From Candidatus Kapaibacterium sp. (GTDB lineage Bacteria > Bacteroidota > Ignavibacteria > Kapaibacteriales > UBA961): a stretch of DNA of 64,000 nucleotides. The position numbers and the translations under genes are program-made. The notes below the pieces were generated by a model. That model did no database searches. It saw nothing but the letters and a program-made list of their open reading frames with translations, and was not told the DNA's origin. Positions within the stretch are counted from its first letter, which is position 1. Every line of letters starts with the position of its first letter. The stretch is taken from NCBI GenBank assembly GCA_017302855.1, contig JAFLBY010000001.1:9208-73207 (forward strand), read 5' to 3'. This document shows, piece after piece, positions 30,528 to 40,567 of this stretch.

Positions 30528-31325
30528 ATGGAACTGTCTGTTGCTCTTATACAGCAATCACCACTTTGGGCTAATCTGGAGTATAATTGCCAAATCATAC
30601 AACAAACTATTCACCAAACGGACGCAGATATTCTTGTATTTCCGGAATTGGCGACTTCGGGTTATTTTTTTACATCCAAAGAAGATTTGATGCCCCATAG
30701 CATTGATGTACATAGTGATATTTGTAAGACATTTCATACAATGGCACGCGAGAAAAATGCAATTATCGTGATTGGTTTTGCGGAAAGGGACAAAGATACA
30801 CTCTATAATTCTGCCATGCTTCTTTTTCCGCACGAAGAAAAACCTATCGTCTATAGAAAAACCCATTTGTTTTACAAAGAATTTTTATGTTTTTCACCGG
30901 GAAATACCGGTTTTTTTGTTGTGGAAGATACAGCCAAAGATATACGAGTGGGAACAATGATCTGTTATGATTGGCGGTTTCCTGAAAGTGCTCGGACCCT
31001 TGGTTTACGAGGCGCAGATATTATTGTATGTCCGTCTAATTTGGTAACGGATGTATGGCATATAGCCATGCCGTGCAGAGCTTTAGAAAATAAAGTATAT
31101 ATGGCGGTGGCTAATCGTTATGGCACAGAAAAAGTGGGCGATGAAGAACTTACTTTCAAAGGAGAAAGTGCTTTATGGGGTTATAATGGTGCGATAATGG
31201 CAAAAGCATTACCTCATGGTGATGCCATTGTCTATGGTAGTATTCAACCGGAACTTACACGCTCTAAAAGCTTTAATTCTGTCAATGATATTTTCAGAGA
31301 TCGCCGACCGGAAATGTATGTGTAA
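30528..31325 (+). CDS. Carbon-nitrogen hydrolase family protein (nitrilase/amidase superfamily)
   Basis: FPELATSGYFF (Glu), RKTHLF (Lys) and MICYDWRFPE (Cys) catalytic-triad context. Confidence 0.75.
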   Translation: MELSVALIQQSPLWANLEYNCQIIQQTIHQTDADILVFPELATSGYFFTSKEDLMPHSIDVHSDICKTFHTMAREKNAIIVIGFAERDKDTLYNSAMLLFPHEEKPIVYRKTHLFYKEFLCFSPGNTGFFVVEDTAKDIRVGTMICYDWRFPESARTLGLRGADIIVCPSNLVTDVWHIAMPCRALENKVYMAVANRYGTEKVGDEELTFKGESALWGYNGAIMAKALPHGDAIVYGSIQPELTRSKSFNSVNDIFRDRRPEMYV

Positions 31326-31328
31326 TAA

Positions 31329-32618
31329 ATGTATTTTTGTTGTAGAGTTATGAATAGCCGAGAGAAAATATGCTTACAATGTGGAACAACATATAAGGTA
31401 TATGATGGCTTTACAGAGTGGTGCGAATTCTGTGATTGGAATTTGAACAGCAATGATGAACCCGAGCAATTAGATATGTATGAGAAAATTGTTAGGAAAA
31501 TAGGCGATAAATACAGTAAAAAACTGTTTGCTACATTAATGGAAACAGATATAGAAAAATATAAACACAGAAATACTCTTGTTGCAACAACAACAGTTGT
31601 GATGGCTTTGTTGGTAGTTCTGGTTTGGTTGTCTTTGGTTATTAGCTCTGTTTTGTTGTTGCTTTTGTTCCCGAATATTTTCGCCATCTTGGGTTCTGTG
31701 ATGTGTTTGCTTCTCGTTATTTATTTACGCCCCAAATTTTCTAAAAAGCCAAAAGATGGTATTACAAAACAAGAAATGCCTGCATTGTGGGAATTTGTTG
31801 AATCATTAAATGAGAAATTAGGAGGAAAGCCGATAGATTATCTTGTTGTCAATGCTGATTTCAATGCATCAATGGGATATGTCGGAATACAAAGAAAAAA
31901 AGTATTAACATTAGGTTATCCACTTGTTTCTCTTTTGTCTAAACAGGAATTTGTTGATCTTGTTGGTCACGAACTTGCACATAATGTAAATCAAGACCCG
32001 GCTCGTGGTTTCTTGCATTATTATGTATTCACAAATGTTTGGGCATGGTATTATTTTTTATCACCCAAAGGCATAATGCAAGGTAGTGATGTTAACTATA
32101 TATTCAAAATAGCTTCTATTCCTTTTTATGTTTTAATGTGGTGCGCTTCCAAAACAGCTCTTGGTTTTCTGTTTGTGTACTACTGGATGATACACTATGA
32201 CTCACAAAAAGCAGAGTATTATGCTGATTATTTGGGAGCTTGTATGGGAGGTAGCGAGGATTCTGAAAAGTCTTTGTACAAGATAAGTTATGGTCTTTTC
32301 TTGCAATATGTTCAACAACAAGCTGTTGTAGCACCGAATGGTAAAACTATTATACAACGATTAAAAGAAATGATAGAAACAATCCCCGAAAAAGAAATTC
32401 TACGTTTGCAAAAATTAGCAACAAGGAAATCTTCGCGGGTAGATTCTTCACATCCTCCAACGACATATCGTATTGAGTTTGTAAAAAAGTTTGCTCCTAA
32501 GGTCGGTTTGTTTCAACTCACTCAGGAACACTTTCACAAAATCTGTGAAGAGTTGGCACAACAAGAAGAAAAAATAAATATAAAATTGATAGATGAGTAT
32601 AAATGGTACATTTCATAA
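31329..32618 (+). CDS. Membrane metallopeptidase (M48/M56-like HExxH) with an N-terminal zinc-ribbon
   Basis: CLQCG...CEFCDWN zinc ribbon, TM segments, then VGHELAHNVNQD. The true start may be Met at 31350. Confidence 0.45.
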   Translation: MYFCCRVMNSREKICLQCGTTYKVYDGFTEWCEFCDWNLNSNDEPEQLDMYEKIVRKIGDKYSKKLFATLMETDIEKYKHRNTLVATTTVVMALLVVLVWLSLVISSVLLLLLFPNIFAILGSVMCLLLVIYLRPKFSKKPKDGITKQEMPALWEFVESLNEKLGGKPIDYLVVNADFNASMGYVGIQRKKVLTLGYPLVSLLSKQEFVDLVGHELAHNVNQDPARGFLHYYVFTNVWAWYYFLSPKGIMQGSDVNYIFKIASIPFYVLMWCASKTALGFLFVYYWMIHYDSQKAEYYADYLGACMGGSEDSEKSLYKISYGLFLQYVQQQAVVAPNGKTIIQRLKEMIETIPEKEILRLQKLATRKSSRVDSSHPPTTYRIEFVKKFAPKVGLFQLTQEHFHKICEELAQQEEKINIKLIDEYKWYIS

Positions 32619-32639
32619 GTTCTTTTTTTAATCAACACT

Positions 32640-33404
32640 ATGATAAAAATACATAACCTTCATAAAGCATTTGGACAAAAACAAGTATTGAACGGCATAG
32701 ATTTAACCATCAGCGATGGTGAAACTATTTGTGTTATTGGTAAATCGGGGTGCGGTAAAAGTGTCTTGCTCAAACATGTGGTTGGTCTGCTTGATGGCGA
32801 TCAAGGTCATGTGGAAGTGGATGGGAAAAATGTTGTGAATTTCACCAAAGAAGAATTGTTTTCTTTACGCCGTCGTGTGGGATATGTTTTTCAAGGCGCT
32901 GCTTTATTTGATTCACTTACTGTATTTGAAAATGTCATTATCAGCCAATGGGAACATGGCGAACGCGATACCATAGCTTTAACAAAAGAGGCGCAAAGAG
33001 TATTGAGTGCGGTGGGATTATTACCTGCTTCATCGGCAGAAGGTTTTGCAAAAGAATGGGCAATATTGCGCGATAAAAAACCCTCCGATTTATCCGGTGG
33101 AATGCGTAAACGTGTTGGTGTGGCTCGTGCTTTGGTTGGCAGTCCCGATTATGTGTTTTATGATGAACCCACAACCGGTTTAGATCCCGTTACTTCAGAG
33201 CAAATAGATAATTTAATTGCCGAACTTTCTTCTACATTCAACATGACATCCGTTGTGATTACCCATGATATGTTTTCTGTGTTTAAAATTGCCAATAGAG
33301 TCGCCATGCTCGATAAAGGTAAAGTCCGTTTTGAAGGTAGTGTGAAAGAATTATTAGATTGTAAAGATACTGTTGTCGTCGAATTTTTAGAACGATATGT
33401 TTGA
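32640..33404 (+). CDS. ABC transporter ATP-binding protein (MlaF/MkL-like)
   Basis: Walker A GKSGCGKS, signature LSGGMRKRVGVARAL, Walker B VFYDEPTTGLD. Confidence 0.7.
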   Translation: MIKIHNLHKAFGQKQVLNGIDLTISDGETICVIGKSGCGKSVLLKHVVGLLDGDQGHVEVDGKNVVNFTKEELFSLRRRVGYVFQGAALFDSLTVFENVIISQWEHGERDTIALTKEAQRVLSAVGLLPASSAEGFAKEWAILRDKKPSDLSGGMRKRVGVARALVGSPDYVFYDEPTTGLDPVTSEQIDNLIAELSSTFNMTSVVITHDMFSVFKIANRVAMLDKGKVRFEGSVKELLDCKDTVVVEFLERYV

Positions 33405-33453
33405 TATAACACACAGAAATATTGTGTACTCACTGATGTTCTAATCTTTATTG

Positions 33454-34338
33454 TCAATCACAATTCTTTGATTCATTATGAATATGTAGAAAATCTGCAA
33501 TAGCGTCCGCAACAATATCGGGTTCTTCCTCTTGTGGAAAATGCCCGCAATTTTCTAATTTTATAGTTGTTGAATTAATAAAACCACTTTGGAATTTGTC
33601 TAAATATTTAGGGATAATAACAGGGTCTTTCATTCCCCATATACATAATGTAGGCTTATTGGCAATACTCTCTTTTTTATTCCACAATTCTTGAAACCAG
33701 TCCTGATCATTGAGCAATGATTGTGCAAAAGCCAAAGTGCCATTGCGTTCTGTTGAGCTTGCAAATGGTTTGGTGTAATGTTTCAAAATATGTTTTGTCG
33801 GTTTTTTGTCACCATACACTGTTGGTAAAACAAATCTCGGTGAAAAATTGAGATACCTGTATAAAAAAGGCAAAAGTGGATTACGAAGAATTTTGCTGAA
33901 TTTCTTAAAGTGAGGGTCATCGGCGCTGCTCCAAAGCCACGAATTGAATATGACGATGTGTTTTATAAGATGTGGGTATTTTATGGCAACATTGAGTCCT
34001 ATAGGTCCGCCAAAATCTTGTACAATAAGTGTAATATCGGTTAATTCTTTTTTTAGAATAAATTGTTCCAAAGTGTTACTGTGATTTTGTGTAGAATAAT
34101 CGTAATGCTCCGGTTTATCAGAAAGCCCAAAACCGATATGATCAATGGCAATGCAACGAAAAGAAGATGAGAGTTTTTTTATGCATTTTCTGAAATCGAA
34201 ACTCCACGATGGTGTTCCGTGAACGAATAATAAAATATTGCCCTTCCCTTCATCAATATAATGCAGTTTATGACCATTTGTTTTTGTAAAGTGTGATGTG
34301 AAAGGATATTCTTCTCTGTCAAGCCATGAAACATTCAT
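33454..34338 (-). CDS. Alpha/beta-hydrolase (haloalkane dehalogenase-like fold)
   Basis: LLFVHGTPSWSFDF ... IVQDFGGPIG nucleophile-elbow context; 294 aa. Confidence 0.7.
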   Translation of the reverse strand: MNVSWLDREEYPFTSHFTKTNGHKLHYIDEGKGNILLFVHGTPSWSFDFRKCIKKLSSSFRCIAIDHIGFGLSDKPEHYDYSTQNHSNTLEQFILKKELTDITLIVQDFGGPIGLNVAIKYPHLIKHIVIFNSWLWSSADDPHFKKFSKILRNPLLPFLYRYLNFSPRFVLPTVYGDKKPTKHILKHYTKPFASSTERNGTLAFAQSLLNDQDWFQELWNKKESIANKPTLCIWGMKDPVIIPKYLDKFQSGFINSTTIKLENCGHFPQEEEPDIVADAIADFLHIHNESKNCD

Positions 34339-34413
34339 ACAGCATTGCTTTTATGTGAATAATCACAAAGTTACGGTACAAAACAATATAGTATCTTGGT
34401 ATAAACCAAGATG

Positions 34414-35010
34414 TCAAAATCGTACTGTGCGCAATAATTTACTGAAATTGGTTGCATCAATTCCCAGATAGGAGGCAATGTATTTGTGAGGAACCATCGT
34501 AAGCAAATGAGGGCTGCGAGAGCAAAAAGCTGAGAATCGTTGCTCCATTGTCAGTGTGTGTAATTCCCTGTGGCGTTGCAGAATACCTATAAGAATTTTT
34601 TCGGTTGCTTTGCGGAATAATCGCTCAATAGAAGGGTAACGGTCAAACAGTATTTGCAAATCATCAAAAGAAAGTGCAAGCAAGGTACTGTCTGTGACAC
34701 ATGTTAAACAACACGGTGACGGTTGTTGAGTGAGAAAAGATTCGGGTATGGCACAAAGACTTGGCGGGTAAGTAAATGCAAGTACAAGAAGTTTTTTTTC
34801 ATCCTCATAGTAAGACATTTGTGTACCGCTTTGCACAAAATAAAATTCTTTCTGTCTATGACCCTGCAACACTATATCCTCGCCTTTTTTGTATAATCGT
34901 GTTTGTAATGATTGAAAAAGTGCATGAAATATATGGTCATCCAATGGGTGAATGACAGAAAGAAATTGTCTGTATATATCCTGTGTTGAGTCCATACTGT
35001 TTTTTGGCAT
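34414..35010 (-). CDS. Crp/Fnr-family transcriptional regulator
   Basis: cNMP-binding beta-roll followed by a C-terminal HTH (ASYLGIDATNFSKLLR). Confidence 0.7.
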   Translation of the reverse strand: MPKNSMDSTQDIYRQFLSVIHPLDDHIFHALFQSLQTRLYKKGEDIVLQGHRQKEFYFVQSGTQMSYYEDEKKLLVLAFTYPPSLCAIPESFLTQQPSPCCLTCVTDSTLLALSFDDLQILFDRYPSIERLFRKATEKILIGILQRHRELHTLTMEQRFSAFCSRSPHLLTMVPHKYIASYLGIDATNFSKLLRTVRF

Positions 35011-37055
35011 TATTGCATAAGAATATATGCGCTTATGGGTGGAATAGTTAGTGACCCCGAATAATATTCAAGACATTGCGACGATGATTTTTCTGCATCG
35101 GTAAAACAAGCCCACTCCCCTTCCTGTAAAGTATAAAACCACTCTTGTTCGGGGTGAGTGTTGATAATAATCAAACACTCTGCATAAGGATTGGGCTGAT
35201 CGGATACTAAACGTACCGTCATTTGATGTGGTGTTCCTTGATATGACAAAGAAATATTTGCTCTTGGGCATTGACCGAAAAAGAAAGGCATTGCCGTGCG
35301 GAGAGAAAATAATCCCTGATAATATTTCCACAGTGCTTGGTTGTAGTCTCGATGAGTATAGTTGAGATAATTGGTCGCATTATCTTTGTTGTAGCTGTTG
35401 TGGTCAAGAGTTAGCATTGAGGGGTCTTGCACAGCATCGTCCCATGCAATGATTTTACTCCGCCCATATTCTTGCCCTTGGTGAATCATTATACAGCCCT
35501 GCGAAATACATAAAAACACCGCCGCTAATTTATGATACGATTGTTGCCGCGATGTGAGTTTTGCATGTGCTTCAACATTTTCAATACGTGCATGATAGTT
35601 ATATTCTCCAATGGCAATACGGATAAAATCACCAAGAGTCATATCATCATGCGATTCAAGATAATTTATGGAAAAATCGGGTGATGGAAAAATAAATCCG
35701 TCTTGTTGTAATGTACCTGTCATATAAGCGAGTAATGATTCGGGGGTATGATGGTGAAAATAATGTCCGAAAACAGCACCTTGACCATTATATGGATTTT
35801 GTCCTTTTATTCCATTCCGAAAAATATCATTCCACGCTTTCCATCCCAAAGAAGCATATCGCTCAATATCGTAACTACCACCACCCCACGGTTCTGCAAT
35901 GATTATGACATTCGGCTTTATGGCGCGAGCTGTTTGGGTAATTAATCGGCACGTTTCTGTGTCAATCATTGCCGCTAAATCAAAACGAAAGCCATCAACA
36001 TTATATTCTTCCAACCAAAAACGCACACTGTCAATAATAAGCCGCCGCGCCATGGGGCTTTCAGTAAAAACATCATTCCCACACCCGGAGTTCCCGATAA
36101 ATTCCCCATTCTCATTACAACGGAAATATAAAAACTTATCACAGTATTTCAGTGGGTTTTCATCATAATGCGATACATGATTATACACCACATCAAGTAT
36201 GACGGCAATCCCTTCTTTATGGAGAGTTTTGATCATGGTTTTTAGTTCATGGACAGATTTTCCCTCCGTACCGCTATATTCCCCCGCGACAATGCTGCCA
36301 TCGCTTGCATAATATGATTCGGGTGCAAAGAAAAAACTTGTCATATAACCCCAATGATTGCGGGAATATGGATTCCATGTATTGACAAGTCCTAAGTGTT
36401 CTTTAACGGACGCATCATTATACGGAGGTTCTATATTGGCAAATTCATGTATGGGCAATAATTCAACAGCATTGATTCCCAATTCTTTTATAGAGGAAAG
36501 ACCTCCTTTTTTACCGTATTCCACAAAACCGGTATATGTTCCCTTTGCTTGTATTTCTGCACTTGGGTGCATGGTCATATCACGAATATGACATTCATAG
36601 ATAATAAGTTCTCTGTGATCGGCAGGTGGAGAAAATGTATCATCCGACCAATCGAAATGCGTATCAAGAATAATTGATTTTGCCCTATGGCTATATGTAT
36701 TATGTGTGACGACGGCTTGGGAATACGGGTCGGCAATGATGATGGAGCCATTAAAATGTTCCGGCTTTTCTTCAGGTCCGCATACACGATACCCATAGTA
36801 ATGTTGAGTCGGTTTTGTCATTGAATATTCCCATACACCTTGTTCATCGCGTACCATAGGAAACTCCACCCCTTGTGTATCGGTATAATTGTCGAACAAT
36901 ACAAGAGAAACCCGAAATGCTCTCGGTGCAAAAAGTCGGAACATACTATCTGATGCGATGATTGAGTACCCAAGTGTTTTATCGGAATAAAGATTGCGTG
37001 CTTCTTGGAGGGTAAATGGCTGTGTTAACATCATTTTTTGTGCTTTTTTATCCAT
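35010..37055 (-). CDS. GH13 pullulanase / debranching-type alpha-glucanase
   Basis: GH13 regions VYNHVSH, GFRFDLAAMID and IAEPWGGG, with N-terminal CBM48-like and pullulanase N-domains. 681 aa. Confidence 0.75.
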   Translation of the reverse strand: MDKKAQKMMLTQPFTLQEARNLYSDKTLGYSIIASDSMFRLFAPRAFRVSLVLFDNYTDTQGVEFPMVRDEQGVWEYSMTKPTQHYYGYRVCGPEEKPEHFNGSIIIADPYSQAVVTHNTYSHRAKSIILDTHFDWSDDTFSPPADHRELIIYECHIRDMTMHPSAEIQAKGTYTGFVEYGKKGGLSSIKELGINAVELLPIHEFANIEPPYNDASVKEHLGLVNTWNPYSRNHWGYMTSFFFAPESYYASDGSIVAGEYSGTEGKSVHELKTMIKTLHKEGIAVILDVVYNHVSHYDENPLKYCDKFLYFRCNENGEFIGNSGCGNDVFTESPMARRLIIDSVRFWLEEYNVDGFRFDLAAMIDTETCRLITQTARAIKPNVIIIAEPWGGGSYDIERYASLGWKAWNDIFRNGIKGQNPYNGQGAVFGHYFHHHTPESLLAYMTGTLQQDGFIFPSPDFSINYLESHDDMTLGDFIRIAIGEYNYHARIENVEAHAKLTSRQQSYHKLAAVFLCISQGCIMIHQGQEYGRSKIIAWDDAVQDPSMLTLDHNSYNKDNATNYLNYTHRDYNQALWKYYQGLFSLRTAMPFFFGQCPRANISLSYQGTPHQMTVRLVSDQPNPYAECLIIINTHPEQEWFYTLQEGEWACFTDAEKSSSQCLEYYSGSLTIPPISAYILMQ

Positions 37056-37165
37056 ATAGGGCTCGAAAATACAGCCAAAAAACCATATTGTGGGCGAAGA
37101 CAGTGTGACAAAGCAAATTGTTTTGTAATTTTGGGCAGCAGCATTTTTGTAAAAACATCATACGT

Positions 37166-37867
37166 ATGCCGAATATTGTACAGTATCGTCTGCCGCAAGA
37201 CAGCAACCTTCATATCATTGCCATAGAAGCCGGACCGGTGATGACATGGTGTTATCTGTGTGTGGATGAAAAAAATAAATGTGCCGTCTTATTTGATGCG
37301 CCATTCGGTTCCATGGCTATCATAGACGAAATCATCGAAGAACATGGTTATATGCTTGAGGGGCTTTATCTGACTCATTCTCATTGGGATCATACCGCCG
37401 AGGCAGCACTCTTAAAGCAAAAACACGATATTCCTGTTTATATTCATCCCGATGATAATTATAGACTTGTATCACCAATGGAACATACTCTCTGGGAATT
37501 ACCTTTTGAAATACAACCTATTGAGAATGCACAATTTCTCCGAATGGACGACAAAGTACAATGCGGAAAATGGTTGTTTTCTATGCGTCATGTTCCCGGG
37601 CATACTGAGGGCAGTGTTTGTTTTTATGATGCACAAGCCCACATTCTCATTGCCGGTGATACGCTTTTTGCTGGGAGTATAGGGCGCACTGATTTACCCG
37701 GTGGGAATCATCAACTTTTACTCACATCGCTTCGTGAACAAGTGTTAACCCTTGATGATGCAACGGTTGTTTTGAGCGGGCATGGTGAAGCAACAACCAT
37801 AGGTCATGAGCGACTCAATAATCCATATATTGGACAGCAAGCCACTCAATTTTTTGATGAAATGTGA
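37166..37867 (+). CDS. MBL-fold metallo-hydrolase
   Basis: THSHWDHTAEA (HxHxDH) plus downstream His/Asp ligands. Start set at the internal Met (37166) that gives the canonical MBL N-terminus. Confidence 0.7.
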   Translation: MPNIVQYRLPQDSNLHIIAIEAGPVMTWCYLCVDEKNKCAVLFDAPFGSMAIIDEIIEEHGYMLEGLYLTHSHWDHTAEAALLKQKHDIPVYIHPDDNYRLVSPMEHTLWELPFEIQPIENAQFLRMDDKVQCGKWLFSMRHVPGHTEGSVCFYDAQAHILIAGDTLFAGSIGRTDLPGGNHQLLLTSLREQVLTLDDATVVLSGHGEATTIGHERLNNPYIGQQATQFFDEM

Positions 37868-37877
37868 TGTGAACACA

Positions 37878-38414
37878 ATGAAAATGAACAATTTTTCATA
37901 TTTCCGTAATAGTGCGCTTCATTTAGTTTCCATAATTTGCATCTTGATAACCTGTCTTTTCTATTTTGGATGCTATTCGTTTACGGGTGGTGGCAATCTT
38001 CCGCCCCATTTGAAAACAGTAGTTATACAAATAACGGCAGACAATAGTGGGCAGGGAATTCCACAATTCAGGGATGTTTTGACCCAATCGCTTATCGAGC
38101 GATTCAGAAATGACAATACATTGACATTGGTAGAGCAAAAAGGTGATGCGAAATTACTAACGACCATTACCGCTATCAGTGAAGCAACAATCAATTTGCG
38201 TCAAGGCGAAGTTGAAAGTGAAAGAAAAGTCAATGTAACGGTTAAAGCAGAATTGTACGATGCTGTAAAAAAGAAAAATTTCATAAGTAAGGATATAACA
38301 AACACACAGTTGTTTGATGTGTCGGGCGGTATTCCGGCAAAAAATGAAGCCGTGAATAAAGCATTACGACAAATATCCGAGGATGTGTTGCTTGCCGTTA
38401 TTTCCGGCTGGTAA
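37878..38414 (+). CDS. Lipoprotein, possibly LptE-like
   Basis: Signal and lipobox (FYFGCYS). ~170-aa mature part with LptE-like size; weak similarity only. Confidence 0.3.
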   Translation: MKMNNFSYFRNSALHLVSIICILITCLFYFGCYSFTGGGNLPPHLKTVVIQITADNSGQGIPQFRDVLTQSLIERFRNDNTLTLVEQKGDAKLLTTITAISEATINLRQGEVESERKVNVTVKAELYDAVKKKNFISKDITNTQLFDVSGGIPAKNEAVNKALRQISEDVLLAVISGW

Positions 38415-38533
38415 CTATGTGAAGAACATACAAATGGAACTCTTGTGATAAACGCAAGGTGCGGTTATCAAATTTTTATAAAAAATGAAGAGTTTTTTTT
38501 TAACCAACTGAAAGGTATAGGTGATCTTTCCAA

Positions 38534-39994
38534 ATGGAAGGTGCGTTATTACTTCTCTACATTCTTTCCCTCACAATTTTGTTTGCATTCGGATTGCACG
38601 GTTTGGTGATGATTTACTATTATCACAAAACAGCAGGCAATGTCCGCAACACCCCTCCCCAACAGTTATCGGATGATTTGCCTGTGGTAACAGTGCAATT
38701 GCCGATGTATAATGAAGTCTATGTCGTAGAGCGTCTTGTGAGTGCTGTCTGCGATATACGCTATCCCAAAGACAAACTTGAGATTCAAGTTTTGGATGAT
38801 TCTACTGATGAAACGGTGGAAGTTACTCGTCGTTTGGTAGAAGAGTATGCGGCTCAGGGCTTCGACATTAAACATATTCATCGTATTGACAGAACAGGCT
38901 ACAAAGCCGGTGCTTTGAAGCATGGCTTGGCTATGGCTCGCGGTGAATTTGTTGCCATTTTCGATGCGGATTTTGTGCCAAAACCCGATTTTCTTGAAAT
39001 GACGGTGCCACATTTCCAAAACGATAATGTGGGAATGGTGCAAACACGTTGGGAGCATCTCAATGAAGATTATTCTTTCTTGACTCGGGCACAAGCTTTG
39101 GCTTTGGACGGTCATTTTGTTATTGAACAGCAAGTGCGCAATAAAGCAGGTTTCTTTATCAATTTTAATGGCACTGCCGGTATATGGCGCAAAAAAACTA
39201 TCGAAGATGCCGGTAATTGGCATTCCGATACTCTTGCCGAAGATCTTGACCTTAGTTACCGTGCCCAATTAAAAGGATGGAAATTTGTGTTTCTCAATGA
39301 TGTGACTTCTCCGGCTGAATTACCTGCCGACATCAATGCACTCAAAACACAACAATTCCGCTGGACAAAAGGGGCTGTGGAAACAGCAAAAAAACTCTTA
39401 CCCGCAGTATGGAAATCCGATATGCCTTTCAAGGTCAAAATGGAATGTACTGTCCATTTAACCAGCAATATTGTGTTTCCGTTTATTATTATGGTTGCCA
39501 TGCTCAATGTTCCCTTAGTAATAATCAAAAACAATGTGGCGGGCTATGATGCTTACTTTACTTTAATGTCTGTTTTTGTATTGGCTTCTATCAGTACATT
39601 CTTGTTTTATCTGTATGCTCAAAAAGCCATCCATTTGGATTGGCAGCGTCGTTTAATGTTATTCCCCGTTTTTATGGCAGGCAGTATGGGCTTTGCTGTC
39701 AATAATTCAAAAGCGGTTTTTGAAGCATTAACAGGAAAAAAATCGGAATTCAAACGTACTCCCAAATACAAAATCGTTACGAATAATGATGATTGGAAAA
39801 AGAAAAAATATGTTCAACGTAAAATTGGTGGCGGAGTAATTATCGAATTATTATTTACACTCTATTTTATTGGTGGAATTGCAACATCCGCAATGTATTT
39901 GGAAATTGCTGCTATTCCTTTCCAATTAATGTTTTTAACAGGATTTGGCACCGTTGGCGGCTTATCATTGCGCCATGCTCTTTCTCGTACATAA
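38534..39994 (+). CDS. GT2 processive beta-glycosyltransferase (cellulose-synthase superfamily)
   Basis: DDSTDET, FDADF, TED-like AEDLD and QQFRW (QxxRW) motifs; N- and C-terminal TM helices. Confidence 0.7.
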   Translation: MEGALLLLYILSLTILFAFGLHGLVMIYYYHKTAGNVRNTPPQQLSDDLPVVTVQLPMYNEVYVVERLVSAVCDIRYPKDKLEIQVLDDSTDETVEVTRRLVEEYAAQGFDIKHIHRIDRTGYKAGALKHGLAMARGEFVAIFDADFVPKPDFLEMTVPHFQNDNVGMVQTRWEHLNEDYSFLTRAQALALDGHFVIEQQVRNKAGFFINFNGTAGIWRKKTIEDAGNWHSDTLAEDLDLSYRAQLKGWKFVFLNDVTSPAELPADINALKTQQFRWTKGAVETAKKLLPAVWKSDMPFKVKMECTVHLTSNIVFPFIIMVAMLNVPLVIIKNNVAGYDAYFTLMSVFVLASISTFLFYLYAQKAIHLDWQRRLMLFPVFMAGSMGFAVNNSKAVFEALTGKKSEFKRTPKYKIVTNNDDWKKKKYVQRKIGGGVIIELLFTLYFIGGIATSAMYLEIAAIPFQLMFLTGFGTVGGLSLRHALSRT

Positions 39995-40030
39995 ATAGAG
40001 ATACTTGCCTATTTCTTCAGAAAAACTCTT

Positions 40031-40068
40031 GCTGCTTTTTGTGGCAAGAGTTTTTTTGTTTTTCTGCT
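40031..40068 (+). terminator. Rho-independent terminator after the GT2 gene
   Basis: ACTCTTGC-loop-GCAAGAGT followed by TTTTTTTGTTTTT. Confidence 0.45.
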
Positions 40069-40243
40069 TCATTATTTTCATTGTGATGATGCCATTTGTC
40101 GGGATGAAAAAATCCCGTCATTATGTCATCATACGAGAAAAAATACATCCACCCCGTCCTTCGGACACTCCCTCAAAACGGGAATTTTGAAATTCAGCGC
40201 GTCATGGAATCCCGCAGGGATGACATTATACTAGCAAATCTTT

Positions 40244-40273
40244 CCAAAAAACCTTCCCCTCCATCGGAGGGGT
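40244..40273 (-). terminator. Rho-independent terminator (minus strand) downstream of the CTD remnant and STAND gene
   Basis: CCCCTCC-gat-GGAGGGG hairpin followed on the minus strand by GGTTTTTTGG. Lies in a locally GC-rich segment. Confidence 0.4.
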
Positions 40274-40336
40274 GTCCGCAGGACGGGGTGGGTTCATTCC
40301 ATCAGACGCAGTCTGACGGGGTGGACGCATTTATCA

Positions 40337-40567
40337 CTACCTCACCACCATAAACAGAGCTTTTTGTCCTGTGGCGGGAATGCGTGCACAATACATACCT
40401 GTCTGCGATCTGCTTATGTCTATCGAATGTTCATATCCCTGATACATAAGCGAACCCTGCATATCGGCAATGAAGACCAAGGCATTATCTGTACCGGTAG
40501 GCGTGTGGTTGTGATGTGTTGGTATTTTAAACTTCTTGGTCATGGAGTTTGTTGGAATTAATTTCAA
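40337..40567 (-). pseudogene. Orphan T9SS C-terminal sorting-domain remnant (3' fragment of a disrupted secreted-protein gene)
   Basis: The 76-aa ORF ...ALVFIADMQGSLMYQGYEHSIDISRSQTGMYCARIPATGQKALFMVVR matches the T9SS CTD pattern. It has no upstream cargo domain, and its 5' end overlaps the STAND gene stop in another frame. Confidence 0.35.

Noticed and set aside
40280-40300. tRNA-like T-arm sequence GGGTTCATTCC
   Set aside because: Position 58 is T rather than the near-invariant A, the flanking stem GTGGG/CCATC does not pair, and no cloverleaf can be drawn. It is not a tRNA or a convincing tRNA fragment.
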